DNA from: Dehalococcoidia bacterium
Lineage (GTDB): Bacteria > Chloroflexota > Dehalococcoidia > Bin125
Reading direction: 5' to 3'
Assembly (NCBI GenBank): GCA_965242565.1
Contig: OZ251457.1
Span: forward strand, 273,119 to 337,118
Length of the DNA stretch: 64,000 nucleotides
The stretch's first letter is position 1, and the number at the start of each line of letters is the position of its first letter. Positions 19,928-28,713 of the stretch are shown piece after piece. A program made the position numbers and the translations under genes. The notes under the pieces were generated by a model, which searched no databases, had not been told where the DNA came from, and saw only the letters and a program-made list of their open reading frames with translations.

Positions 19928-21205
19928 ATGGTCACCGCCGAAGCGACATCGGCCGATGTGTTCGCCGAGCTCGAATCCGAAGTCCGCTCCTACTGCCGCG
20001 CCTGGCCCACCGTCTTCACCCGCGCCCAGGGCGCGCGGATCGAGGACGAATCAGGCCGCTCCTACATCGACTTCTTCGCCGGCGCCGGCGCGCTCAACTA
20101 CGGACACAACCCGCCCCAAATGATCGCCGCCCTGATCGACTACCTGCAATCCGGCGGCATCCTCCACAGCCTCGACATGTCCACCGCCGCCAAGCGCGAC
20201 TTCCTGCTGCGCTTCGACGAGCTGATCCTCGCCCCGCGCGGCATGCGCTACCGCGTCCAGTTCCCCGGCCCCACCGGCGCAAACGCCGTCGAAGCCGCGC
20301 TCAAGCTCGCCCGCAAGGTCACCGGACGCCGCACCGTCGTCTCCTTCACCAACGCCTTCCACGGCATGACGCTCGGCGCGCTCGCCGTCAGCGCCAACCC
20401 TTTCAAACGCGAGGGCGCAGGCGTCCCGCTTGAATACACCGCCACCGCCCCCTACGACGGCCAGCTGAACGGCCAACTGGGCGATGTCGACACCATCGAA
20501 ACGCTCGACGCGATGCTGACCGACGACCCGGCCGCCGCCGTGATCGTGGAAACCGTGCAGGGCGAGGGCGGGCTGCACGCCGCGAGCGACGGCTGGCTGC
20601 AACGACTCGAAGAGTGCTGCCGACGCCACGGCGCGCTGCTGATCGTCGACGACATCCAGGCCGGCTGCGGGCGCACCGGCGCGTTCTTCTCCTTCGAGCC
20701 GTCCGGCATTTCGCCCGACATCATCACCCTCTCCAAATCGATCAGCGGCCTCGGCCTGCCGCTCGCGCTCACGCTGATCCGCCCCGATCTGGACATCTGG
20801 AAGCCCGGCGAGCACAACGGCACCTTCCGCGGCAACAACGCCGCCTTCGTCACCGCAACCGCCGCGCTGGAGCACTGGCGCGACGACGCCCTCACACAGG
20901 CCCTTACACAGCCAGTCGAGCGCAAGGCAGCCCGCATCCGCGCCGAGCTCGAAGCCATCTGCGTCGAACAGGAACAACTGCGCGCCACCCCCCGCGGCCG
21001 CGGCCTCCTGCAAGGCCTGCACACCCCGCTCCCCAACCTCGCCAACCAAATCGCCGCGCAAGCCTTCACCCACGGCCTGCTGGTCGAAACCTCCGGCGCA
21101 GACGCCGACGTGGTCAAGCTGATGCCCCCCCTCACCATCAACGACGCCGACCTGGAGCAAGGCCTAAAAATCCTCCAAACCTCAGTCGCCGCCGCCCTCA
21201 CCTAA
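19928..21205 (+). CDS. ectB: Diaminobutyrate--2-oxoglutarate transaminase (EctB-like)
   Basis: ESEVRSYCRAWP, DFFAGAGALNYGHN, QFPGPTGANAVE, ETVQGEGG, DDIQAGCGRTG, PGEHNGTFRGNN. Confidence 0.9.
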   Translation: MVTAEATSADVFAELESEVRSYCRAWPTVFTRAQGARIEDESGRSYIDFFAGAGALNYGHNPPQMIAALIDYLQSGGILHSLDMSTAAKRDFLLRFDELILAPRGMRYRVQFPGPTGANAVEAALKLARKVTGRRTVVSFTNAFHGMTLGALAVSANPFKREGAGVPLEYTATAPYDGQLNGQLGDVDTIETLDAMLTDDPAAAVIVETVQGEGGLHAASDGWLQRLEECCRRHGALLIVDDIQAGCGRTGAFFSFEPSGISPDIITLSKSISGLGLPLALTLIRPDLDIWKPGEHNGTFRGNNAAFVTATAALEHWRDDALTQALTQPVERKAARIRAELEAICVEQEQLRATPRGRGLLQGLHTPLPNLANQIAAQAFTHGLLVETSGADADVVKLMPPLTINDADLEQGLKILQTSVAAALT

Positions 21206-21560
21206 CCCCTCCTCACACCCCTCTCTCCCTCCCGCCCCACTTCTCCCGTCAAACCCGTCCCCTTTTCCCGTCAAACCCGTCCCCTTTTCCCGTCAAACCC
21301 GTCCCCTTTTCCCGTCAAACCCGTCCCCTTTTCCCGTCAAACCCACCTCCTTTTTCCCGTCATCCCGCCTCCTTTTTCCCGTCATTCCCGCCCCCGAGCG
21401 GGAATCTGCCCCATCCCGCCTCAAACGCCCGCGCCCCATCTCCGCCAGGCCCGCCCTCACCCTTCCATCATCCCACCCCAACCCTCGCCAGCCGCCCCTC
21501 CGTCGCCCCCGACTTGATCGGGGGCCCAAACCCAACTCCGCTTGCAGCACAAGAGACCCG
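21206..21560. repeat. Tandem 22-bp array plus palindromes C and B
   Basis: ttttcccgtcaaacccgtcccc about five times (21240-21350), then family C at about 21379 and family B variant cgtcgcccccgacttgatcgggggccc at about 21501. Confidence 0.9.
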
Positions 21561-21660
21561 AACCCACCCCCAACGCCCGCCCGCAGACCATCCCGACACG
21601 CTGCACCGCCGAAGCCGTCGCATGGGTTCCCGCGCAAGGCGGGAACGACGGCAAAGGAAC

Positions 21661-22191
21661 TCAGCCGAGCTCGTGAACGATCTCCTCAAGATGAGGATCC
21701 ATCGCGTCCTTGAGCGCCGGGTAGAACGCGAGCATCCAGTCGCGGATTTCGTCAAGCCTCTCCTGCGGATCGTGGATGGTGCCATGCTCCAGCATCATGC
21801 CGATGAAGCGGTAGTACCTGGCCTTCGGGTGAGGCGATCTCGTAGTTGGATTCCACTGATTCACCTCGAAGCTGGGGTCGCGCAGCGCGAGATCGTGGTT
21901 AATCGCCGTCTCGCGGCGCTTGAGGTGGTCGAACACGCGCTTTGAACCGATCGGGTCGGGGATGCGAATCCACAGGTACACGAAGGGCCAGTGGCGATCT
22001 CTCGTGTTGGCACCCCAGAACCCGAAGTTGAAGCAGAGAGGCGCAAACTTCTGGGACTCGAAGCCACGGTCGTTGCCCGCCGGCATGACATTGAGCGTCC
22101 TCGGGCCTTCTCCTGCGTCCTTGAGCTCTCGAATGATCGGATCGAAGAACTCCTTGTACTGCGCGCGAACCGCTCGGAGCTCATCCTGCAT
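21661..22191 (-). CDS. DUF4268-like hypothetical protein
   Basis: YKEFF..LK, VYLWI, KRVFDHL...I..DL, EIRDWML pattern; paralog of 23503-23994. Confidence 0.6.
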   Translation of the reverse strand: MQDELRAVRAQYKEFFDPIIRELKDAGEGPRTLNVMPAGNDRGFESQKFAPLCFNFGFWGANTRDRHWPFVYLWIRIPDPIGSKRVFDHLKRRETAINHDLALRDPSFEVNQWNPTTRSPHPKARYYRFIGMMLEHGTIHDPQERLDEIRDWMLAFYPALKDAMDPHLEEIVHELG

Positions 22192-22439
22192 GCCGGGCTT
22201 CCGTCCTCTCATGAGCGATGCCGATCCACCTGCCTGTGGGGATGGTTTCTCACCCGCGAACGCCCATTCGCCCGTGGCTGCTTTCGTGACTCGGTCACGT
22301 TCTCCGACTCCCCTGGCTAGCTTACACCGCGCGACTGCGGCTGCGAGTGGCGACAGGGATCGCTGTGGCATATCCTCGCATTGCTTGCCGAGATGCCGGC
22401 TCGCGTAAGCGACGCTGTCCACAGATCAAGGAAGAGCGC

Positions 22440-23405
22440 ATGCGCCACATCATGATGATCGGAATCGCGACGCTTGGGGCGCTCGCGCTCGCGGCCCTGA
22501 TTGCGGCGAGTGCTCCTGCTTCAGCGCAGGATGATGGCGGCGGCTCACAGCTCGAACTGCGCGTGATTGCGCAACCGCTTGAGGACGGGCAGATCGAGTT
22601 CGGCATCGAATATCTCGGGGAGCAGATCCTGCCGACGGCGCGATATCTCACGCCGCGGCTGATCCGGCAGCGGCGCGGGCAGTGGTTGAGCAGCACGCCT
22701 GTTGAAGTCGTCGGCGATTCGCTGGCGCCGGCTGCGCTCAGCGCCGGCCCTGACGCCGACGAAGTCCTGTACCGCGATGTCGACGGCCTGTGGGAGACGC
22801 GCGGCTTCGGCCGCGCGGTGGAAGTGGTGCGCGTCGCCGCGCAGCCGCTCGCGGATGGGCGGGTTGAGTTCGCGATCGAGCACAACGGGGAGCGCATCCA
22901 GCCGGAGGCGCGCTACCTCACGCCGCCGCTGATCCGCGACCGGCAGGGTGATTGGCTGCGCAGTTCGCCGGTGTCGATCACTGCGGCCATCACGCCCGCG
23001 GAGCTTGTCAGGGCTGAGAGCACTCGGGCGGCTGCTGCAGGGTCGTTCTACGGCACTCCGGTTGATGTGGCCGCGATATGCGACTTGTCTTCGGTGGACC
23101 TTCTGAGCGAGGTACCCGGCACATTCACTATCTTTAATCTGCGCGAATGGGAGGGGTATTCGCACCTCGCTCACCGCGTGAGATCGACTCTCTGGACTGA
23201 GAACCAATCGCGCGGCGACGAGTGGATCATGATCCGCGCCAACGAAGACGATGATGTGTCCCGCAGAGAAAAGGTCCCCGCGACCGCTTACGGGTTCCTC
23301 GTGCAAGATGTCCGGTGGCGGGCCCCGACGGTGTGGTGGGTGGCGGAGTTCACCTGCGGAGACAGCGATGAGCAGTCGGGCGGCGCGAGCCAGAACTTGA
23401 GCTGA
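22440..23405 (+). CDS. Secreted protein with two copies of an approximately 55-aa RxxAQxLxDGxxEF module
   Basis: Signal peptide ending ASA-Q; internal duplication LRVIAQPLEDGQIEF..GQWLSSTPV / VRVAAQPLADGRVEF..GDWLRSSPV. Confidence 0.8.
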   Translation: MRHIMMIGIATLGALALAALIAASAPASAQDDGGGSQLELRVIAQPLEDGQIEFGIEYLGEQILPTARYLTPRLIRQRRGQWLSSTPVEVVGDSLAPAALSAGPDADEVLYRDVDGLWETRGFGRAVEVVRVAAQPLADGRVEFAIEHNGERIQPEARYLTPPLIRDRQGDWLRSSPVSITAAITPAELVRAESTRAAAAGSFYGTPVDVAAICDLSSVDLLSEVPGTFTIFNLREWEGYSHLAHRVRSTLWTENQSRGDEWIMIRANEDDDVSRREKVPATAYGFLVQDVRWRAPTVWWVAEFTCGDSDEQSGGASQNLS

Positions 23406-23502
23406 CGATCTTCCGCCAAGGCCGGCTCGGCGTATCGCCAGCGGGACGATGGCAGCTGTATTCCTGTCTGCGCAGGAATGAGGGGCCTGCGGGGTCTTCG
23501 CG

Positions 23503-23994
23503 TCAAGGTAGTGTGCGCAGGATTTCCTTGAGGCGAGGGTCCAAGACCTCCTTAATACGCGGGAGGTATTCAAGCACCCACTCGCGGATCTCTTGAAGCC
23601 GCTCGGGCGGGCTATAGATGCCACCGGGTGTGGTGACCCCGACAGCCGCGTAACCCCAATCCCTGGCTTGCCAGGTGTCCGGGTTCCAGTGCGCGTTCGT
23701 CAGCGGTTCACCATCGCCCATCTCGGCGTCGATCTCGGCTTTGGAAGCGCGCAGCTGGCGGTAGATGTGCTGATTGCGACGTTTGTCCCGTGGCGCGTGG
23801 ATCCACAGGTACACGCTGGCTAAGGACCTGTTATCTGGCCAGAAGCCGAAACGGTACGACAGGTACGGGAAGTCGGGGCTTTCGAAGACACGGTCGTTTT
23901 CGTACGGTTTGCCTGCCCGCCCTGGGAAACCGCCACGCCGCAGATCGTCCATCAGCGGCTTGAGGAATGCGTTGTACGCCTCCTTGTCGGACAT
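23503..23994 (-). CDS. DUF4268-like hypothetical protein (paralog)
   Basis: NDRVFES, FGFW, VYLWI, WNP.T, ERLQEIREW..DPRLKEI shared with 21661-22191. Confidence 0.65.
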   Translation of the reverse strand: MSDKEAYNAFLKPLMDDLRRGGFPGRAGKPYENDRVFESPDFPYLSYRFGFWPDNRSLASVYLWIHAPRDKRRNQHIYRQLRASKAEIDAEMGDGEPLTNAHWNPDTWQARDWGYAAVGVTTPGGIYSPPERLQEIREWVLEYLPRIKEVLDPRLKEILRTLP

Positions 23995-24001
23995 GTCGCA
24001 G

Positions 24002-25183
24002 CTACACCTCGTGGTGGTAAATTCGCGCCGCGTTGCGCTGGAGGACGTTGAGCAGGTCTTCCTCAGGCAGCACGCTGAGCACCTCTTCGACGTGCTGCTT
24101 GGGGTTGCGGGCGATGGAGTTGGGGCCCGGCGAGATGCTCGTCGGGTGCGGGAAGTCGGTCTCGAAGAGGAAGTTCTCCGAGCCCCACTGGTCGATCGCC
24201 TTGAGCGCGCTGGCTTCCTCGAACCAGAAGCAGCCGTAGCACTGGCGGCGGAAGTACTCGCTGGGCAGCAGGTCCATCTCGGGGTGCTCTTCGCGGCAGC
24301 CGCTGTTGAGCCACTGCCAGTCCATCGCTTCGAGCAGGTAGGGGATCCAGCCGACGCCGGATTCGACGGAGACGAAGTTGACGCCGGGGAAGCGGTGGCA
24401 CATGCCGGAGAGGATTACGTCGAGGATGGCGTTGGAGTTGTCGAGGAAGAGCTTGACGGTGCTCTTGGCGTAGGCGGCCTGGCGGCCGTTGTCGACGGTG
24501 ATGTCGCGCAGTTGGGTGAGGTCGCCGGAGCCGATGTGGAAGTTGATCGAGAGGCCGAGGTCCTGGGCCTGGTGCCAGAGCGGGTCCCAGTGCGACTCGG
24601 TCAGGCGGGGCATGCCGAAGACATGCGGCTGGTTGGTCATCAGCACGCCCTTGTGGCCGAGGCCGTGGGCGCGCTGCATCTCGTCGACGCAGGCCTGCAC
24701 ATCCCAGAACGGCATCGCCATGATCGGGATGAAGCGGTCGCGGTCGACGCTGGTCCACTCGACGAGGAAGTCGTTGTAGGCGCGCACGCAGTCGAGCCGC
24801 AGTTCTTCGTCGGTCAGGGTCAGGAAGTTGCCGCTGCCGAAGCCGCCGACGTTGGGGTAGACGACCTGGGCGTACATGCCGTATTCGTCCATCCGCTCGA
24901 GCCGCTCGCGGATCTCCCAGGAGCCGTGGTCGGCCTCTTGCAGGCTGGGCGGGTGGTCGGGCGGCGGGGACTTCCAGCCAGCCATCGCGGCGCCGGCGGT
25001 GGGCATGAACTTCTTGCCGCCCATCACCCAGCGGTCCTCGTTGATCTCGTCGTCGAAGACGACATGGGGCACGAGATCGCCCCACTTCTTGGTGGAGATG
25101 CGGTTGATCCAGAGGTCTTCGGGTTCGGAGACATGGGTGTCGGAGTCGATCACTTTGATCCGGTCGCAAATCATCTCGGCCAT
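24002..25183 (-). CDS. Amidohydrolase family 2 protein
   Basis: IDSDTHVSEP, NFHIG, ESGVGWIPY, ETDFPH. Confidence 0.9.
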   Translation of the reverse strand: MAEMICDRIKVIDSDTHVSEPEDLWINRISTKKWGDLVPHVVFDDEINEDRWVMGGKKFMPTAGAAMAGWKSPPPDHPPSLQEADHGSWEIRERLERMDEYGMYAQVVYPNVGGFGSGNFLTLTDEELRLDCVRAYNDFLVEWTSVDRDRFIPIMAMPFWDVQACVDEMQRAHGLGHKGVLMTNQPHVFGMPRLTESHWDPLWHQAQDLGLSINFHIGSGDLTQLRDITVDNGRQAAYAKSTVKLFLDNSNAILDVILSGMCHRFPGVNFVSVESGVGWIPYLLEAMDWQWLNSGCREEHPEMDLLPSEYFRRQCYGCFWFEEASALKAIDQWGSENFLFETDFPHPTSISPGPNSIARNPKQHVEEVLSVLPEEDLLNVLQRNAARIYHHEV

Positions 25184-25322
25184 TGGGAAACCTCGCTTTG
25201 TTCGCGGCGGCGCGCGGGCCGCCTGCCGTCAATGCGGCAAAGATAGCACTTCTGGCAAGGGACCGCGCGGGATGCGCTAGGCTGCCGTTAGTTCACCATC
25301 TCGAAGCATTGCCGGACGCCCG

Positions 25323-27404
25323 ATGAGCCACGTTGCCGCAGCCGAGACAGACGCTCCGTCCAGCGCGCCGGGGGCGGCGGAGATCGACGAGGAGCGCCCG
25401 CTGGGGATGGATTTGCCGCGCCGCGTCAAGGCGCTGGTGATGGCGGGCTCGGCGCTGGCGATGTTTCTGGCCGCGCTGGAGCAGAGCATTGTCAATCCGG
25501 CGATGCCGCGGATCGTCTCGGAGTTGGGCGGGCTGGAGCTCTATCCGTGGCTGGTGCAGGGGTTCGTGATCGCGCAGATCACGGCGATTCCGGCGGCGGG
25601 CGCGCTGAGCGACTCGCTGGGGCGCAAGCCGCTGCTGCTGGCCGGGCTGCTGATCTTCCTGGGCGGCAGCGCGGGCTGCGGGGCGGCCAACGACATCTAC
25701 ATGCTGATCGCGTTCCGCGCGTTGCAGGGCGTGGGCGCGGGCGTGCTGATGATGGCGACGTTCTCGGTGATCGGCGACCTCTTCCCGCCCTCGGAGCGGG
25801 GCAAGTTTATGGGGCTGTTCGCGGCGGTGTTCGCGCTCTCGAGCGTGATCGGCGCGCCGCTGGGCGGGGTGCTGACCGAGCAGCTGTCCTGGCGCTGGGT
25901 GTTCTGGGCGATGTTCGTGGTGGGGCCGCCGGCGCTGCTGGTGATCGCCTGGAAGATGCCCTGGCTGCGGCCGCAGCGGCAGGGACCGCTGCAGTTCGAC
26001 TGGCTGGGGATGGCGGCGCTGCTGCCGATGCTGATCGGCCTGACGATGGCGTTCAGCCTGACCGGCTCGAGCGGCTGGACGAGCCCGCTGGTGCTGGCGC
26101 TGTTCGCGGTGTCGGGCGTCTCGCTGGTGCTGTTCATCGCCGCCGAGCGGCGCGCGGCTGCGCCGATCGTGCCGCTGCACCTGTTCCGGATCAACACGGT
26201 GGCGAGCGTGGCGATTGCGATGTTCGTGATCGGCGTGGGGATGATGGGCGCGATGGTCTACTTGCAGGTCTTCCTGCAGGTGGGGCTGGGCGCGCCGCCG
26301 ACGACCGCGGGGATGATGATGATCCCGATGATCGTGACGGGGATGGTGTTCGCGGTGGTCTGCGGGCAGATCATGTCGCGCACGGGGCGCTACAAGTTTC
26401 TGGCGGTGACGGGTTCGCTGCTGATGGTGGCGGGGATGGCGCTGCTGGCGACGATGACGCGCGAGACGCTGGTGTTCAGCGGAGTGCTGCCGCGCCTGTT
26501 CGTGTTTGGCGTGGGGATGGGGATGATGATGCCGGTGCTGTCGCTGGCGGCGCAGAACGCCACGCCGCAGCGCTATCTGGGCCGCATTTCGGGCTTCACG
26601 CAGTTTTTCCAGCTGACGGGCGGCGCGGTGGGGATCGGGATCATCGGCGCGCTGTTCAACGCGCGGCTGTCGGACGGGTTGCAGGCGGCGCTGCCGGCCG
26701 ATCTGGTCGATGTGGTGCTGCCGGAGAAGCTGGTGGATCCCGATTTTCGCTCCGACATGATCGCCTCGATCGGGGCAACGCTGTGGGAGACGGTGGAGCC
26801 GGCGGTGCAGGGCGTGGTGGCGGGCGCGATCACAGACAATTTCCTGATGGTGCTGGGCATTTTGGGCTTCGCGGTGCTGGTGATTCTGCGAATGCGCGAA
26901 GTGCCGCTGCGGACGGGCGAGGAAGGCCGCATCGCGGCGGCGGCGCAAGCGGCCGAGGAGCCGCCGCCTGCGCCGGCTCCGGTTGCCGAGCCGATCGCTG
27001 CGGTGGTTGAGACCTCGCCGCAGCCCATTGCGAACGGTGCGACGGTTGAACCTGTGCCGGTTTCCGTCCCGCCGCCCGGCGTGATTGAGGAGCCGATCGC
27101 GCCGCCCGCGCCTGTTCAGCTCGAAGTATCCGTCCCCGTTCCCAACGGTGCCGGGCCGATGCCCAACGGCGCTCAGCCGCGCGCCGCGCAGTGGGCGCCG
27201 AGCGGCCGAGGGGTTGCGGCGGCCGCCTTTGTCGGCGCGAGCCTCGGCATCGCGCTGTCCTACGCCTGGTCGGGCAACAGGTCGGGCAACGGCCGACACA
27301 ACGGCCGAGCGGGTAGCCAGTGGACGGCGGCGCGGCAGCGGGCGGCGGAGTGGATTACGCCTCGCCGAACTCTGCACGCACGGCCGCGAACGCCTCGTCG
27401 CTAG
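25323..27404 (+). CDS. MFS transporter, DHA2 (EmrB/QacA) type, with a Pro-rich C-terminal extension
   Basis: LAALEQSIV, GALSDSLGRK, RALQGVG, LSWRWVF; about 14 TM segments. Confidence 0.9.
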   Translation: MSHVAAAETDAPSSAPGAAEIDEERPLGMDLPRRVKALVMAGSALAMFLAALEQSIVNPAMPRIVSELGGLELYPWLVQGFVIAQITAIPAAGALSDSLGRKPLLLAGLLIFLGGSAGCGAANDIYMLIAFRALQGVGAGVLMMATFSVIGDLFPPSERGKFMGLFAAVFALSSVIGAPLGGVLTEQLSWRWVFWAMFVVGPPALLVIAWKMPWLRPQRQGPLQFDWLGMAALLPMLIGLTMAFSLTGSSGWTSPLVLALFAVSGVSLVLFIAAERRAAAPIVPLHLFRINTVASVAIAMFVIGVGMMGAMVYLQVFLQVGLGAPPTTAGMMMIPMIVTGMVFAVVCGQIMSRTGRYKFLAVTGSLLMVAGMALLATMTRETLVFSGVLPRLFVFGVGMGMMMPVLSLAAQNATPQRYLGRISGFTQFFQLTGGAVGIGIIGALFNARLSDGLQAALPADLVDVVLPEKLVDPDFRSDMIASIGATLWETVEPAVQGVVAGAITDNFLMVLGILGFAVLVILRMREVPLRTGEEGRIAAAAQAAEEPPPAPAPVAEPIAAVVETSPQPIANGATVEPVPVSVPPPGVIEEPIAPPAPVQLEVSVPVPNGAGPMPNGAQPRAAQWAPSGRGVAAAAFVGASLGIALSYAWSGNRSGNGRHNGRAGSQWTAARQRAAEWITPRRTLHARPRTPRR

Positions 27405-28647
27405 CCGCCACCGTCTCGTCCACATCCTCCTCCGTCAGCGCCGCGCTGAGGAAGCCGTTGTGGAACGGGTGCATGTAGACGCCGCGCTCGGCCAGCTCGG
27501 CGCTGAAGGTGGTGCTGCGGAGCTTCTTGAGGCTGGTGAAGAGGTCCGCGCCCGGCTCGATCTTGTCGTCCTCGAAGATCATCAGCGGCATCTCGACCGG
27601 CCCCGTCTGGCGGATGCCGACGCCGTGCGCCTCCGCGCGGTCGGCCAGACCGGTGCGCAGCCGCTCGCCCATCGCGTGGATGTGGGCGATGCCGCTCGTC
27701 TCCTGCAGTGTGGTGATGGTGGTGATCGCGGCGGCCATCGGGCCGCTCGAGTACCAGTAGGAGCCGGTCGCCATCACCCGTCCGATCGTCTCCGCCAGGC
27801 TGTCGCGCCCCAGCAGCGCCGAGATCGGATAGCCGTTGCCGATCGCCTTGCAGTAGGCGCTCAGGTCCGGATCCACGCCCAGCGGGGCCCAGCTGCCGCG
27901 GATGTCGAGCCGGAAGCCGCCGCGCACGTCGTCGAGAATCAGCACCGCGTCGTGTGCGTCGCAGAGGTCCCGTACACCCTGCGCGAACTCCTGCGTGGGC
28001 ATCTCCTGATCGACGAACACATCGTGGCGGAAGGCCGAGACCATCAGCCCGGCGAAATCGCCGTCGGCGGCGTCGATCGCCGCGCGGACGGAGGCGAGGT
28101 CGTTGTACTTGTACTCCAGCGTGCCGTCGGCGAGCGAGCCGCGCTCGATGCCCATCCAGGTCGGCGCGGAGCCGTGGTACGCGCCGTTGGCGCGCAGGAT
28201 CGTGCCGCGCCCCGTCGCCGCGCGCGCCACCGTCGCCGCGTAGACGGTTGCGTCGGTGCCGTTCTTGGCGAACCATGCCCAGTCGGCCCAGGGGGTGATT
28301 TCGACGAGCAGTTCGGCGAGCTCGACCATCTTCTCGCCCGGACCGTTGAGGCAGTCGCTCCGCTCGAGCTCGGCCGCGGCGGCGCGATCGACGCTGGGGT
28401 GCGCGTGGCCGAGCAGGATCGGGCCGTAGGAGCAGAGGTAGTCGATGTATTCGTTGCCGTCGACGTCCCAGATGCGCGCGCCGTCGCCGCGACTGAAGAA
28501 CTGGGGGAAATTGTCCGGCAGCAGAGCGGCGTTCTGGTGGCCGTACATCCCGTTGGGGATCACGGCGGCAGCGCGTTCGCGCAGCGCGGCGTCGGTCGTG
28601 TGGGGGCGGTTCGTGGCGTCGGGGGCGGCGTGCGTCATAAGTGACAT
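27355..28647 (-). CDS. Class III aminotransferase (glutamate-1-semialdehyde aminomutase-like)
   Basis: WDVDGNEYIDY..YGPILLGH, KNGTDAT, DDVRGGFR, KAIGNGYP. Confidence 0.9.
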   Translation of the reverse strand: MSLMTHAAPDATNRPHTTDAALRERAAAVIPNGMYGHQNAALLPDNFPQFFSRGDGARIWDVDGNEYIDYLCSYGPILLGHAHPSVDRAAAAELERSDCLNGPGEKMVELAELLVEITPWADWAWFAKNGTDATVYAATVARAATGRGTILRANGAYHGSAPTWMGIERGSLADGTLEYKYNDLASVRAAIDAADGDFAGLMVSAFRHDVFVDQEMPTQEFAQGVRDLCDAHDAVLILDDVRGGFRLDIRGSWAPLGVDPDLSAYCKAIGNGYPISALLGRDSLAETIGRVMATGSYWYSSGPMAAAITTITTLQETSGIAHIHAMGERLRTGLADRAEAHGVGIRQTGPVEMPLMIFEDDKIEPGADLFTSLKKLRSTTFSAELAERGVYMHPFHNGFLSAALTEEDVDETVAASDEAFAAVRAEFGEA

Positions 28648-28713
28648 CCGATCGTGCGATCATTGCGTGCAGGCGTAGTCTAAACCGCGCCGCGTCGTAC
28701 AATGCGGCGCGTC

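Noticed and set aside
18308-21205. 965-aa ORF as a fusion protein
   Set aside because: The first approximately 540 aa are an Arg/Pro-rich off-frame shadow of amine oxidase 2; the real gene is EctB from 19928.
19928-21205. Ectoine biosynthesis operon
   Set aside because: No ectA, ectC or ask is adjacent.
21240-21410. Possible CRISPR array (also 4570-4690 and 47860-48095)
   Set aside because: Units are directly tandem 20-24-mers without unique spacers, derive from palindrome half-sites, and no cas genes are present.
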